Source: Candidatus Hadarchaeales archaeon (GTDB taxonomy: Archaea; Hadarchaeota; Hadarchaeia; Hadarchaeales; Hadarchaeaceae). Taken from it: DNA of 32,000 bases. Position 1 is the stretch's first letter. Each line of letters starts with the position of its first letter. The DNA is taken from positions 150,001-182,000 of the forward strand of contig JAWBCC010000002.1 of NCBI GenBank assembly GCA_038823825.1, given 5' to 3'. The notes below the pieces were generated by a model that made no database searches, had not been told where the DNA came from, and was given only the letters and a program-made list of their open reading frames with translations. Positions 20,193 through 28,482 of the stretch are shown piece by piece. The position numbers and the translations under genes were made by a program.

Positions 20193-20492
20193 TTAGGTTC
20201 CAAAAAGCTCAAAAAGGGCGAACACACCCATAGCAAACGCCAAGAAGAACCACACCGGATTTTGAAGCAGTCCGAGTCCCGCGCAGACTCCACCGGCCAG
20301 CGAATAAAAAACAGTTTTGTTGTTTTCTTTCTTTTTTGTCTGAGGCGAGGACGGAACTCGAGAAATCCGAAGTCCGGGTGTCCTAAATCTCGATGTGATA
20401 TTTTTGTTGTGTTGATGTTTTTTGTTTACAAGCTCGATCCGAGGACTGCGGAAGTTTAAAAAATCGGGATTATTTTTCTTTTGTCTCTTCAT
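20193..20492 (-). CDS. Hypothetical protein, basic N-terminus and hydrophobic C-terminal hairpin
   Basis: 99-aa ORF; LAGGVCAGLGLLQNPVWFFLAFAMGVFALFELF. Confidence 0.4.
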   Translation of the reverse strand: MKRQKKNNPDFLNFRSPRIELVNKKHQHNKNITSRFRTPGLRISRVPSSPQTKKKENNKTVFYSLAGGVCAGLGLLQNPVWFFLAFAMGVFALFELFGT

Positions 20493-21116
20493 TTATATCC
20501 CCTGAAAAGAGCCTGTGGAAATAATGTATTTCTTGTATCTCTTTATAATATCGATTTTTGAATTTTCGGAAACAGAGAGGAGACTAAAAATCCTTATCTT
20601 TCTCAATTTTTCTAAAATCTCTTCTCTAGTACATTTCATAGAATACCTTTTATCGAGGTAGATTTGAAGGTCGTCTACTCCTATCGGTCCCGATCGCGCG
20701 ATTTCTTGTAGAATTCTAATAGCCACTTTGTCGTTGCTAAGTGTTTCCATGCACATTTCAACGTATTCCTGTGCAGGAGTTTTTTCAAGTCTGATCTCGA
20801 GTGCTTCTTCGAGAGTCTTCCTCACCTTCTCATTTTCAAAAGTTTCTTCGATGGTATCGACCAACTTGAGAAATGTTTCTCCCAAGCAGTCCCTTTTATA
20901 GTCAACCGTATCACGTAGTTCAATTCCGAAGAGCTCGATGAGCACTCGGAGGGGACCATATTTGAGCAACTCGGAGTGGTATGTTATCGCGTCTGCTATT
21001 GAAATATTTTTGAGACTCCGCAACCAGTAGCTCACGGGGTTATAGGCCGGACAGAGAGACACAAGTGAGTTGACGATGCTTCTGAGGTTGTCATTTATCT
21101 TCGATTTCTCCCTCAC
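20493..21116 (-). CDS. Hypothetical protein with possible C-terminal winged-helix domain
   Basis: 207-aa ORF; VAIRILQEIARSGPIGVDDLQIYLDKRYSMKCTREEILEKLRKIRI resembles an HTH. Confidence 0.55.
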   Translation of the reverse strand: MREKSKINDNLRSIVNSLVSLCPAYNPVSYWLRSLKNISIADAITYHSELLKYGPLRVLIELFGIELRDTVDYKRDCLGETFLKLVDTIEETFENEKVRKTLEEALEIRLEKTPAQEYVEMCMETLSNDKVAIRILQEIARSGPIGVDDLQIYLDKRYSMKCTREEILEKLRKIRIFSLLSVSENSKIDIIKRYKKYIISTGSFQGI

Positions 21117-21243
21117 GGATAAAAATTGATTTTCAATGTTTTTAAAGTCTCACACAATGAACAGAAAAGTTCAAAAGGTGGTTTTCGACTGAGTTTGAGA
21201 AGTTGATAAAGCTTATCTTACTTATTTTGTTAATTTTTCTTGA

Positions 21244-21321
21244 GCTCCGGTGGTGTAGCCCGGTCAAACATGCGAGCCTCTCGAGCTCGCGCCCCGGGTT
21301 CAAATCCCGGCCGGAGCACCA
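21244..21321 (+). tRNA. tRNA-Glu(CTC), with encoded CCA (21319-21321)
   Basis: GCTCCGG...CGAGC-CTCTCGA-GCTCG...GGTTCAAATCC...CCGGAGC-A-CCA. Confidence 0.95.
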
Positions 21322-21444
21322 TTTTCGAATTAAAAACTTGCTTTCTTCAATTTCTTTTCAGAATTTTTCAACTTTTTCGTGTTTCTTCTCTATGTATTCC
21401 ATTAACTCATGCAAACTTCGAAGCTGTTCAACAAGATTCGTGGG

Positions 21445-21943
21445 TTATGAGATGCAAGAAGAACCGGACTCCTGAAGATTATCCTCTGAATCAGATAGCA
21501 GGAAATTCTTTGGTTTCTCCCACTCTGCTACCGGACCATCGACAATGTAGAAGACTGGGTTTGGTTCTACGTCCTCCAGACCTCTTATCCGATGCCACCA
21601 CTCAGGGTCTCTGGTCGAGAGCTTGTGTAGGAGTAGTTTGTACTCATACTTTATCTGTCCCGACGTCACAGGTATTAAGTCGATGCTAGAGATATTGTAC
21701 ACCTTGATCTTGCCGAGGTTAAATCTATATCCTCTGTCACGACCCTCGAGATAGACGTAGTAGAGATAGGTTCCAATAGCAAGCATGGGGTCGAACGCTT
21801 TTTTTAAATCTGATTAGCTGTGGGTGGTTCGTATAACCTTTAGTATGTCCGCTAAGAACCTTCTGAGCTAGAAGACCTTCTCTCCAGAGAGCAATTAAGC
21901 CTACTCTGTCCAGATACTTAGGGTGAATAGACCACAGTCTCAC
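21445..21943 (-). pseudogene. Pyrimidine-dimer DNA glycosylase-like (Pyr_excise type) gene interrupted by a 1-nt frameshift at an A7 tract
   Basis: N-terminal ORF MRLWSIHPKYLDRVGLIALWREGLLAQKVLSG...NHPQLIRFKK (21737-21943) continues in the other frame as AFDPMLAIGTYLYYVYLEGRDRGYRF...HKLSTRDPEWWHRI (21445-21786) if one A is removed. Confidence 0.7.
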
Positions 21944-22133
21944 TCACGTACCCCGCTATGCTAGAGCACACCTCCAAAATAAGTTTATCCCATGTCTGAA
22001 ATCTACATTTCACGACATCACCTTAACTTTAAAAGCATGTGGAAAAAATCTAGAATGTAATGAATGTTCAATTGCTGTGGCATGTGATGGCTGCAGAAGC
22101 CAATAATAGTCGGTATGGGGTGATTTTTATTTG

Positions 22134-22220
22134 GCGGGGGTGCCTGAGAGGCGAAAGGGCAGGACTTAAGATCCTGTGGCCGTAGGGCCCTCGAGGGTTC
22201 GAATCCCTCCCCCCGCACCA
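22134..22220 (+). tRNA. tRNA-Leu(TAA), long variable arm, encoded CCA (22218-22220)
   Basis: GCGGGGG...CAGGA-CTTAAGA-TCCTG-TGGCCGTAGGGCC...GGTTCGAATCC...CCCCCGC-A-CCA. Confidence 0.95.
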
Positions 22221-22348
22221 GCATTTGAGGAGGTTGGGACGATCACCAATGAACATTTTTTGAGTTTTCAGTTTTTTAGCATCAATCTGTTTTTGAGCCG
22301 TATGCCCTTTCCACAAGCTTAATTTAAGAAACAATCAAGCCAGTAGTG

Positions 22349-22792
22349 ATGGCTCAAAAAAGAAAGTTGAACCAGTTGGACATTCTTAGGAAAACAAAGG
22401 TTGGAGACGTGATGGACAGATCGCCCATTCTAATCACACCAGAAACACCGCTTAAGAAAGTGATGGCTCATATCCGCAGGGGTAAGGAGTTTTTCCCCGT
22501 CGTCGATAAAGAGAAAAGATTGCTGGGGGTTCTTAGCGAAAGCGATATTTTTAGACTTTTCATGCCTCGACGCAGGATAGCTACAGTTGGCGCACCAGAA
22601 ATCAAAGAGATAAGCGTGGTGCAGACCGCTGATGATGTGATGACGAAAAAGCCAATCTCAATAGACCCAGAAAGCACACTACTTGAAGCGATACAGTTGA
22701 TGGCGTTTTATAAGTTCAGACATCTCCCCGTTGTTAAAAAAGGCAAGATCGTGGGTGTTCTCTCTCTCAGAGACATCCTAAAGAAGATTTAA
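22349..22792 (+). CDS. Tandem CBS-domain protein
   Basis: VGDVMDRSPILITPETPLKKVMAHI...FFPVVDKEKRLLGVLSESDI; DVMTKKPISIDPESTLLEAIQLM...HLPVVKKGKIVGVLSLRDIL. Confidence 0.93.
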   Translation: MAQKRKLNQLDILRKTKVGDVMDRSPILITPETPLKKVMAHIRRGKEFFPVVDKEKRLLGVLSESDIFRLFMPRRRIATVGAPEIKEISVVQTADDVMTKKPISIDPESTLLEAIQLMAFYKFRHLPVVKKGKIVGVLSLRDILKKI

Positions 22793-22805
22793 AAGGTGAT
22801 GGATC

Positions 22806-24014
22806 TTGGATCTCTCCATCCTTTTGTTTTACTTAGCCATGTGTTTGCTCCTAGCTAGGATTGGAGGAATTCTAGCCACCAAATTGCGGCAACCTAGCCT
22901 CCTAGGAGAAATATGTGCAGGGATTATCGCTGGACCATCGGTCTCCGGTCTAATTTCTTCTCACCTCATCGGCACAAGACTATGTATAGATCTGCAAAGC
23001 CCGGCGGGCGAATGGATTTCTTCTCTGGCAGAAATAGGAGCCTTAATTCTTCTTTTTCTTGCAGGTCTTTCGCTTGAATTGAGGGAAATAAAGAAATACG
23101 CTAGGCCCTCTCTCACAACGGCTGTCTTTGGGGCTCTCTGGGCCTTTCTATTGGGTTTTGCAACGATCCACGTTTTGGGATGGTCATTTCTTACAGCTGC
23201 TTTTGCTGGAGGGATCTTGGTGGCAACGAGTGTCGGAATAACCGTCGAGACTCTAATGGAGCTGGGAAAACTACACTCACGCAGCGGCGTAACAATTTTG
23301 GGAGCAGCAGTCATAGACGATATCATCGGAATAATCTTCTTGAGCGTTCTTTCAGGGATCGCCTTGGGAACTCTGTCTGTCGTTGGGGTTTTCGAGACAC
23401 TTCTTCTAATGATTATATTTTTTGTTGCCGTTATCATTTTTGGTCTGAAAATCATTCCCAAAATTTTCTCGCGGGTTTCTCTGACGTATCAACCTGAAAT
23501 GTCTCTTTCTCTGGCACTAGTCCTCATCTTTCTGATATCGGGCATAGCACAAAAGGTCCAAATCGCAGCGATAACAGGGGCTTTTTTAACAGGCCTTTTC
23601 ATAGGCAGAACTCCAGTCTCCCGCCCGCTCAAAGATATAGTTTCCACCCTAGGTTACGGATTCCTCATCCCCCTGTTTTTCTTCGAAACAGGTCTCCGGA
23701 TGGACATATGGGTGCTGGGTAAAATAGGGCCAGCAGTTTTGCTTTTCTTGCTTGCGGCCTTTGTGAGCAAAATAGTCGGTTGTGGATTAGGTGCGATGGT
23801 GGGCGGTTTAGGCAAAAAGGACGGTCTGGGGATAGGAATCGGCATGTTGCCTAGAGCGGAGGTTGCTCTCATCATCGCCTCGATCGGTATAAAGATCGGA
23901 GCGGTTGGTCCGGACCTCTTCTCCATGACAATCGTGACGATTCTTGTGACAAGCCTTCTCACACCATTTTTCCTCAAAACGGTTTACGCGAAGAATTCTA
24001 ATCAACATGCTTGA
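22806..24014 (+). CDS. Cation/proton antiporter, CPA2-like (KefB/NapA type)
   Basis: LRQPSLLGEICAGIIAGP, ALILLFLAGLSLELREI, GVAVTSVGITVETLMELG-type helices, AAVIDDIIGIIFLSV; TTG start with GGTGAT just upstream. Confidence 0.88.
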   Translation: MDLSILLFYLAMCLLLARIGGILATKLRQPSLLGEICAGIIAGPSVSGLISSHLIGTRLCIDLQSPAGEWISSLAEIGALILLFLAGLSLELREIKKYARPSLTTAVFGALWAFLLGFATIHVLGWSFLTAAFAGGILVATSVGITVETLMELGKLHSRSGVTILGAAVIDDIIGIIFLSVLSGIALGTLSVVGVFETLLLMIIFFVAVIIFGLKIIPKIFSRVSLTYQPEMSLSLALVLIFLISGIAQKVQIAAITGAFLTGLFIGRTPVSRPLKDIVSTLGYGFLIPLFFFETGLRMDIWVLGKIGPAVLLFLLAAFVSKIVGCGLGAMVGGLGKKDGLGIGIGMLPRAEVALIIASIGIKIGAVGPDLFSMTIVTILVTSLLTPFFLKTVYAKNSNQHA

Positions 24015-24147
24015 TTTTAAGAACGTAGTCGCAGCTATCGCAGCGATAAGCTATCCATGTTGCGTCTGAAGCGATTTCATCACCTTCCACCCATCTTTTG
24101 AGCCTACCTCTTCCGCACTTCGGACATTTCATACCACTGAGCTTCAT
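23998..24147 (-). CDS. Small C4 zinc-ribbon protein (49 aa), not in the supplied ORF track
   Basis: Minus-strand translation MKLSGMKCPKCGRGRLKRWVEGDEIASDATWIAYRCDSCDYVLKIKHVD*; CPKC...CDSC spacing is zinc-ribbon-like. Confidence 0.7.
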   Translation of the reverse strand: MKLSGMKCPKCGRGRLKRWVEGDEIASDATWIAYRCDSCDYVLKIKHVD

Positions 24148-24222
24148 TCCGATCTCCAACCAGATTGGAATCGGCATCGGAAGGCTTTAATCCTCACCTA
24201 AACCATCACTTATTTGAGGCTA

Positions 24223-24247
24223 GACCCGAGGGGTAATCCCGAGGGTC
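24223..24247 (+). promoter_or_regulatory. Hairpin GACCC-GA-GGG-GTAAT-CCC-GA-GGGTC overlapping the probable smc SD
   Basis: Perfect outer (5 bp) and inner (3 bp) stems separated by a symmetric GA/GA internal loop; TTG start at 24253. Confidence 0.35.
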
Positions 24248-24252
24248 GGAAG

Positions 24253-26472
24253 TTGGCGTACATAAAAGAAATTCAGATGAAAGGCTTCAAGTCCTTTGGC
24301 GTTAACAAGGTAGTTATTCCTCTTGCTCGTGGCCTCAATGTCATAGTCGGCAGGAATGGTCATGGCAAGAGCAACATCGCTGACGCCATCGTCTTCGCCT
24401 TCGGAGGAAGGAGCACAACGATGATGAGAGCGGAACGTTTTCAAGATTTCCTTTATATGAGGGATGGCAAGATAATCGCCCCATACGCTGAGGTCACACT
24501 GGTAATCGACAACTCCGACGGTGCGCTCCCCATAATGTCCAAGATGGTCGAAATATCCAGAAGGGTCGACAAATCCGGTAAATGTGTTTATCGGATAAAT
24601 GGAAAGCGAGCCGATCGCCATGAAATCGTGGATATTTTATCTCCAGTGATGGGATCCCCCGACGGGATGAACTTCGTCCTTCAAGACCAAGTTAAGAGGA
24701 TATTTTCTCTCACGCCGGAGGAGCGCAGGGAAATCATAGAAGATCTTGCCGGTGTAAAAGAGTACAACGAACGGAGGGAGAAGGCAGAGAAGGAACTCTT
24801 GGATGTTGAGAACAATATGCGCGTGCTTGATATTCGCATCAAGGAAATTCGATCTAGGGTGGAAACACTCAGAAAACAGGCTCAAGACTGCATAGCGGCA
24901 AAATCGATAGACCGCGAGCTTCAGCAGGTTCGTGGCGCGCTTCTGTTTAAAGAATTGAAAGAAAAGGAGAGGGAGTTAAAGAGGCTGGAATCCTCTCTGC
25001 GTAAAATATCCTCTGCAGACAGAGAAAGCAGAAACAAGCTAAACAAAATAAAGAAAAAATTGAGTGAGCTGGAGAGAGAAAAATCCAGAATTCAAGCGAA
25101 ACTCGATGAGCTCGAGCACCGTGGAGTACTTGCGAGGTTCAAGGAACTTGAGATAAAAATCGAAGAACAAAAGCGTCAGCTTGAGGAAATATCTAGAAAA
25201 AGTCGCAACGCAGAGGAGGAGTTACGCAGGCTGGAGGAAGAGTTAAACGCAAGGGCAGATTCATTTGCTTCCAGCATAAAAAATGTGCGCGAGTTGTACG
25301 ACAAATTCAAGCAACTCCTTTCAGAACTCTCCGGACAATCTGAGCTCACTTGTATCAAAGAGACCCTAAATCAGATTTCTAACGTGCTCAATCAAATTGA
25401 CAGATTGCTTGAAGAAGTTTTGTCGGAGATCCCCTCCGTCACTTCAGAAAGCTCCGAGTTGGCTAGACAAGTTCTTAACCTTCAGGGTAAGCTTTCCGCA
25501 TATAGGGGAGAGGAGGAGAGGATAAAAAGTGAGATAGACGGCAACATAAGAAAGCTCGAGTCGATGAAATCTGCTAAGGAGAAAACGGAAAAAACGATCG
25601 AGCGGCTGAAGAAGCGTTTAAGTGAGATTGAGGAAAAGATGAGGATACTAAACGCACAGAATGAAAACATCCGCGACAAGCAATCAGCGATTGCGGAAAA
25701 GAAAGGTACTCTCGAAAGTCGCAAGGTTTCCGCACAACAGGAGATAGTCAAGCTGCAGGAAGAACTATCAAAAATCAAGGTCGACTACAGTCACCTTCTC
25801 GTGAAAAAGCTTGAAACCCTTAGGAGGATGGAAGCAGAACTTTTTGAGCGTAAATCGCAGATAGGTGAGGTGAACCCAAAAGCACCGGAGGAACTCCAAC
25901 AGGAAGAGAAAAAGCTTTCTGAGGAGGAGGAAAAATACCGCAGACTCGAGGAGGAAAGACAACAGATACTCTCGTTCATGGCAGAACTCGATCAAAAGAA
26001 AAAAGACGCTTTCTTCAAAGTATTTAACGTCGCGTCGCAGGCTTTTTCAGAAATTTTCAGGGAAATTTCTGGAGGAGCGGATGGAAAACTCATCTTGACG
26101 AATCCCGAGAACCCATTTGAGGGTGGGCTAGATTTTGATGTAGACTTTGGCGAGAAGACGAGAATGCTTTCCGGCGGACAGAAAACATTAACCGCGGTCA
26201 CATTTTTGCTAGCTCTTCAAAGATGTCGTCCGTCAACCTTTTACGTCATGGATGAGATTGACGAAAGCTTGGATCCTTTTAACCGCCAAAGAGTCGCCCG
26301 ACTTCTGAAGAAGTTCTCAAGAGAATCTCAAATGATCGTCATCACGCTTCATACTTCTATGGCAGAGGTTGCGGACAGAATATTCGGAGTCGTCAAGGAA
26401 GATAAGGTTTCAAGGGTGTTTTCTGCAGACCTTTCAATGTTAAGGGAGGAGGTAGCAGATGAACCTCAGTGA
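24253..26472 (+). CDS. smc: SMC-like chromosome segregation ATPase, short form without a recognisable hinge
   Basis: IQMKGFKSFG, VIVGRNGHGKSNIADAI Walker A, LTPEERREIIEDLAG, MLSGGQKTLTAVTFLLALQRCRPSTFYVMDEIDESLD signature/Walker B/D-loop; only about 380 residues between heads; scpA/scpB downstream. Confidence 0.85.
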   Translation: MAYIKEIQMKGFKSFGVNKVVIPLARGLNVIVGRNGHGKSNIADAIVFAFGGRSTTMMRAERFQDFLYMRDGKIIAPYAEVTLVIDNSDGALPIMSKMVEISRRVDKSGKCVYRINGKRADRHEIVDILSPVMGSPDGMNFVLQDQVKRIFSLTPEERREIIEDLAGVKEYNERREKAEKELLDVENNMRVLDIRIKEIRSRVETLRKQAQDCIAAKSIDRELQQVRGALLFKELKEKERELKRLESSLRKISSADRESRNKLNKIKKKLSELEREKSRIQAKLDELEHRGVLARFKELEIKIEEQKRQLEEISRKSRNAEEELRRLEEELNARADSFASSIKNVRELYDKFKQLLSELSGQSELTCIKETLNQISNVLNQIDRLLEEVLSEIPSVTSESSELARQVLNLQGKLSAYRGEEERIKSEIDGNIRKLESMKSAKEKTEKTIERLKKRLSEIEEKMRILNAQNENIRDKQSAIAEKKGTLESRKVSAQQEIVKLQEELSKIKVDYSHLLVKKLETLRRMEAELFERKSQIGEVNPKAPEELQQEEKKLSEEEEKYRRLEEERQQILSFMAELDQKKKDAFFKVFNVASQAFSEIFREISGGADGKLILTNPENPFEGGLDFDVDFGEKTRMLSGGQKTLTAVTFLLALQRCRPSTFYVMDEIDESLDPFNRQRVARLLKKFSRESQMIVITLHTSMAEVADRIFGVVKEDKVSRVFSADLSMLREEVADEPQ

Positions 26473-27139
26473 CCAGCCAGTTCAGGAACTCGTGGAGCTC
26501 GTTCGATTGCACAAATTGAGTCCCTGGGATGTTGATATTTCAAAGCTCATATCAATCTACAGAGCAAAACTCAAGCAAACAAACGAAGTAGATCTTCGAG
26601 TTCCGAGCAGAGTAGTACATTCTTCGGCAACTCTTTTGAAAATAAAGTCGGAAATAGCAGTCCGTGGCGAGTCCGAGGTGACGAGCGAGGAAATCGAAGA
26701 GATGTTAAACATAGAGTTACCGGAGCTTGGCGAGCTCACGATAGAATTCTTTGCTCCCCAGAGGATAACCTTGGAAGACCTTTTGGGTAGTCTCCGCGAG
26801 GTTTTGGCAACCATCCCTGAGACCAAGGAAAAGAAACCGGTGAAAAGAGAGGAGCTCAAAGTTGATATTCAAAGGGACATAGATGCGATGCTTTTGAGGT
26901 GGATGGAAGATCTCTTACTCAAGATAAAAAAGATAGTCAATGAGGGAAAGACTCCCACCTTTTTCTCCCTACTCTCTGAGAAATCTCGCGTGGAGTTCGT
27001 TAGGGTTTTTCTAACCCTGATTTTTCTGAGTTCAGACGGAAAGATAAGATTGGAGCAGTCGGAACCTTTCACAGATATAAAGATCGAACTTCTGGATGGT
27101 GAAAAAGATGGGAATACGGGAGGATCTAGTGGTTCTTGA
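26459..27139 (+). CDS. scpA: Segregation and condensation protein A (kleisin)
   Basis: DQPVQELVELVRLHKLSPWDVDISKLISIYRAKL...LRVPSRVVHSSATLLKIKSEI; overlaps smc 3' end. Confidence 0.87.
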   Translation: MNLSDQPVQELVELVRLHKLSPWDVDISKLISIYRAKLKQTNEVDLRVPSRVVHSSATLLKIKSEIAVRGESEVTSEEIEEMLNIELPELGELTIEFFAPQRITLEDLLGSLREVLATIPETKEKKPVKREELKVDIQRDIDAMLLRWMEDLLLKIKKIVNEGKTPTFFSLLSEKSRVEFVRVFLTLIFLSSDGKIRLEQSEPFTDIKIELLDGEKDGNTGGSSGS

Positions 27140-27614
27140 AGGCGCGCTTTATGCAAGCGATCATCCTCTTACAATCGATGAGATCAAAAAAATTCTGAGC
27201 ACAGAATCGGACACGTATGTTATACAGCTTTTGGAAAAGATAGAGCAGAAGCACAAAAAGGTGGATTCTCCCTTTGAGCTTCAGAAGTTGGGAAATGCTT
27301 ACGCTATAAAGCTGAAAGGAAGGGTTAAAGAAAAAGTTGCCCCTCTAATGCCAAAGATAAAGATCTCGACTGGTGCGCTGAGAACACTCGCGTTGATCGC
27401 ATATAAACAAAATATAACGCTTGCTAAACTCGCAGAAGTGAGGGGGAACAGAGCTTACGAACATGTGAGACAGCTCGTCGCGGCTGGCTTCGTCGAGTCC
27501 AAACCTCTTGGAAAGACACGCGTGCTTCGCACGACCAAAAAGTTTGCGAGTTATTTTGGCCTCGAGGATGACATGGATTTGATAAGAGAAAAACTAGAGG
27601 AACTGCTGAAATAG
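27108..27614 (+). CDS. scpB: Segregation and condensation protein B
   Basis: [86 protein letters not shown]. Confidence 0.9.
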   Translation: MGIREDLVVLEGALYASDHPLTIDEIKKILSTESDTYVIQLLEKIEQKHKKVDSPFELQKLGNAYAIKLKGRVKEKVAPLMPKIKISTGALRTLALIAYKQNITLAKLAEVRGNRAYEHVRQLVAAGFVESKPLGKTRVLRTTKKFASYFGLEDDMDLIREKLEELLK

Positions 27615-27624
27615 GTACCCAAGA

Positions 27625-27634
27625 CTTTTATATC
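27625..27634 (+). promoter_or_regulatory. TATA-like box CTTTTATATC upstream of rps8e
   Basis: AT-rich box about 28-37 bp upstream of the S8e ATG. Confidence 0.4.
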
Positions 27635-27661
27635 CAGTGGATTCTTTCTTTTGGGAAGAAG

Positions 27662-28057
27662 ATGGTCGTTTGGCATGGAAGATCCTTAAAGAAGCCGACG
27701 GGCGGAATCCGCAGGATGAGCAGAAAGAAGAGAAAGAGAGAAATCGGCCGAGAGTTTTTAGAACCCACGATTGGTCCGAGAAAGCTCATAAAAGTAAGAG
27801 TTAGAGGAGGGAACTATAAACTCAGGCTTCTCTCTGCAGACTATGCCAACGTTTTTGATCCGAGGACGGGGAAGGCGAGTAAGGTCAAAATAATCTCCGT
27901 TGTAGAAAATCCTGCAAATCCGCACTTCTCCAGAAGAAACATCCTAACAAAAGGAGCTATAATAGAGACTGAAATAGGCAGGGCGAGGGTGACAAGCAGA
28001 CCAGGCCAGAATGGCGTTGTCAATGCGATTTTGATCGAGCAAGTCTCCGAGGCTTGA
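27662..28057 (+). CDS. rps8e: 30S ribosomal protein S8e
   Basis: [31 protein letters not shown]...[11 protein letters not shown]; [45 protein letters not shown]. Confidence 0.97.
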   Translation: MVVWHGRSLKKPTGGIRRMSRKKRKREIGREFLEPTIGPRKLIKVRVRGGNYKLRLLSADYANVFDPRTGKASKVKIISVVENPANPHFSRRNILTKGAIIETEIGRARVTSRPGQNGVVNAILIEQVSEA

Positions 28058-28448
28058 TGTGAATAACCTCCCATCCCTCTCGCTTGAGTTCTTTCGCTAT
28101 GTATCTTCTGTGGCACCAAGCTGGATTTTCCTCCACGCAAATTATGACGGAAGTCTTTCTCTCGGCCAGTTTCTTCAGTTTTCTCATACCCTTTTTGAAT
28201 TCTTCGCTTTTCATGTGGCGCTCGTAACCTCCTCGAAAACCTCCGAGTTCTTCGATGTGTGCGTATGCGATCCCAAACTCTTTCAGTTTTTCAGATAGGC
28301 GCTCTTTACAGAAATCTGGGATCTTAGAGGTTGGAAATCTTCTGACATCGATGACAATTTTGATTCCTTTCTCCTTCAAGATCTCCAGAAAATCTTCAAA
28401 GGAGAGTCTGCCGTAGCCAAGCGCGTATATTTTCATCTCTTTACTCAT
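28020..28448 (-). CDS. DUF488-family protein
   Basis: [67 protein letters not shown]. Confidence 0.88.
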   Translation of the reverse strand: MSKEMKIYALGYGRLSFEDFLEILKEKGIKIVIDVRRFPTSKIPDFCKERLSEKLKEFGIAYAHIEELGGFRGGYERHMKSEEFKKGMRKLKKLAERKTSVIICVEENPAWCHRRYIAKELKREGWEVIHIKPRRLARSKSH

Positions 28449-28482
28449 TCCATTAATAACTCCCTAGGCAGTTATTTCTTTG

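Noticed and set aside
21240-21689. 149-aa plus-strand ORF across tRNA-Glu and antisense to the glycosylase-like gene
   Set aside because: It starts inside the tRNA region and otherwise runs opposite a family-supported coding region; no protein-like composition.
21799-21805. Programmed -1 ribosomal frameshift at A7 in the glycosylase-like gene
   Set aside because: Restoring the frame needs removal of one base (+1), the opposite of what a standard A AAA AAA -1 site provides; slippage or sequence error fits better.
22018-22334. Minus-strand ORFs of 68 and 88 aa (e.g. CWCGGRDSNPRGPYGHRILSPALSPLRHPRQ)
   Set aside because: They are antisense translations of the tRNA-Leu gene; this is a well-known false-protein pattern.
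25482-26201. Several Ser/Phe/Leu-rich minus-strand ORFs inside smc
   Set aside because: They are antisense shadows of the Lys/Glu-rich coiled coil and have no start or SD support.
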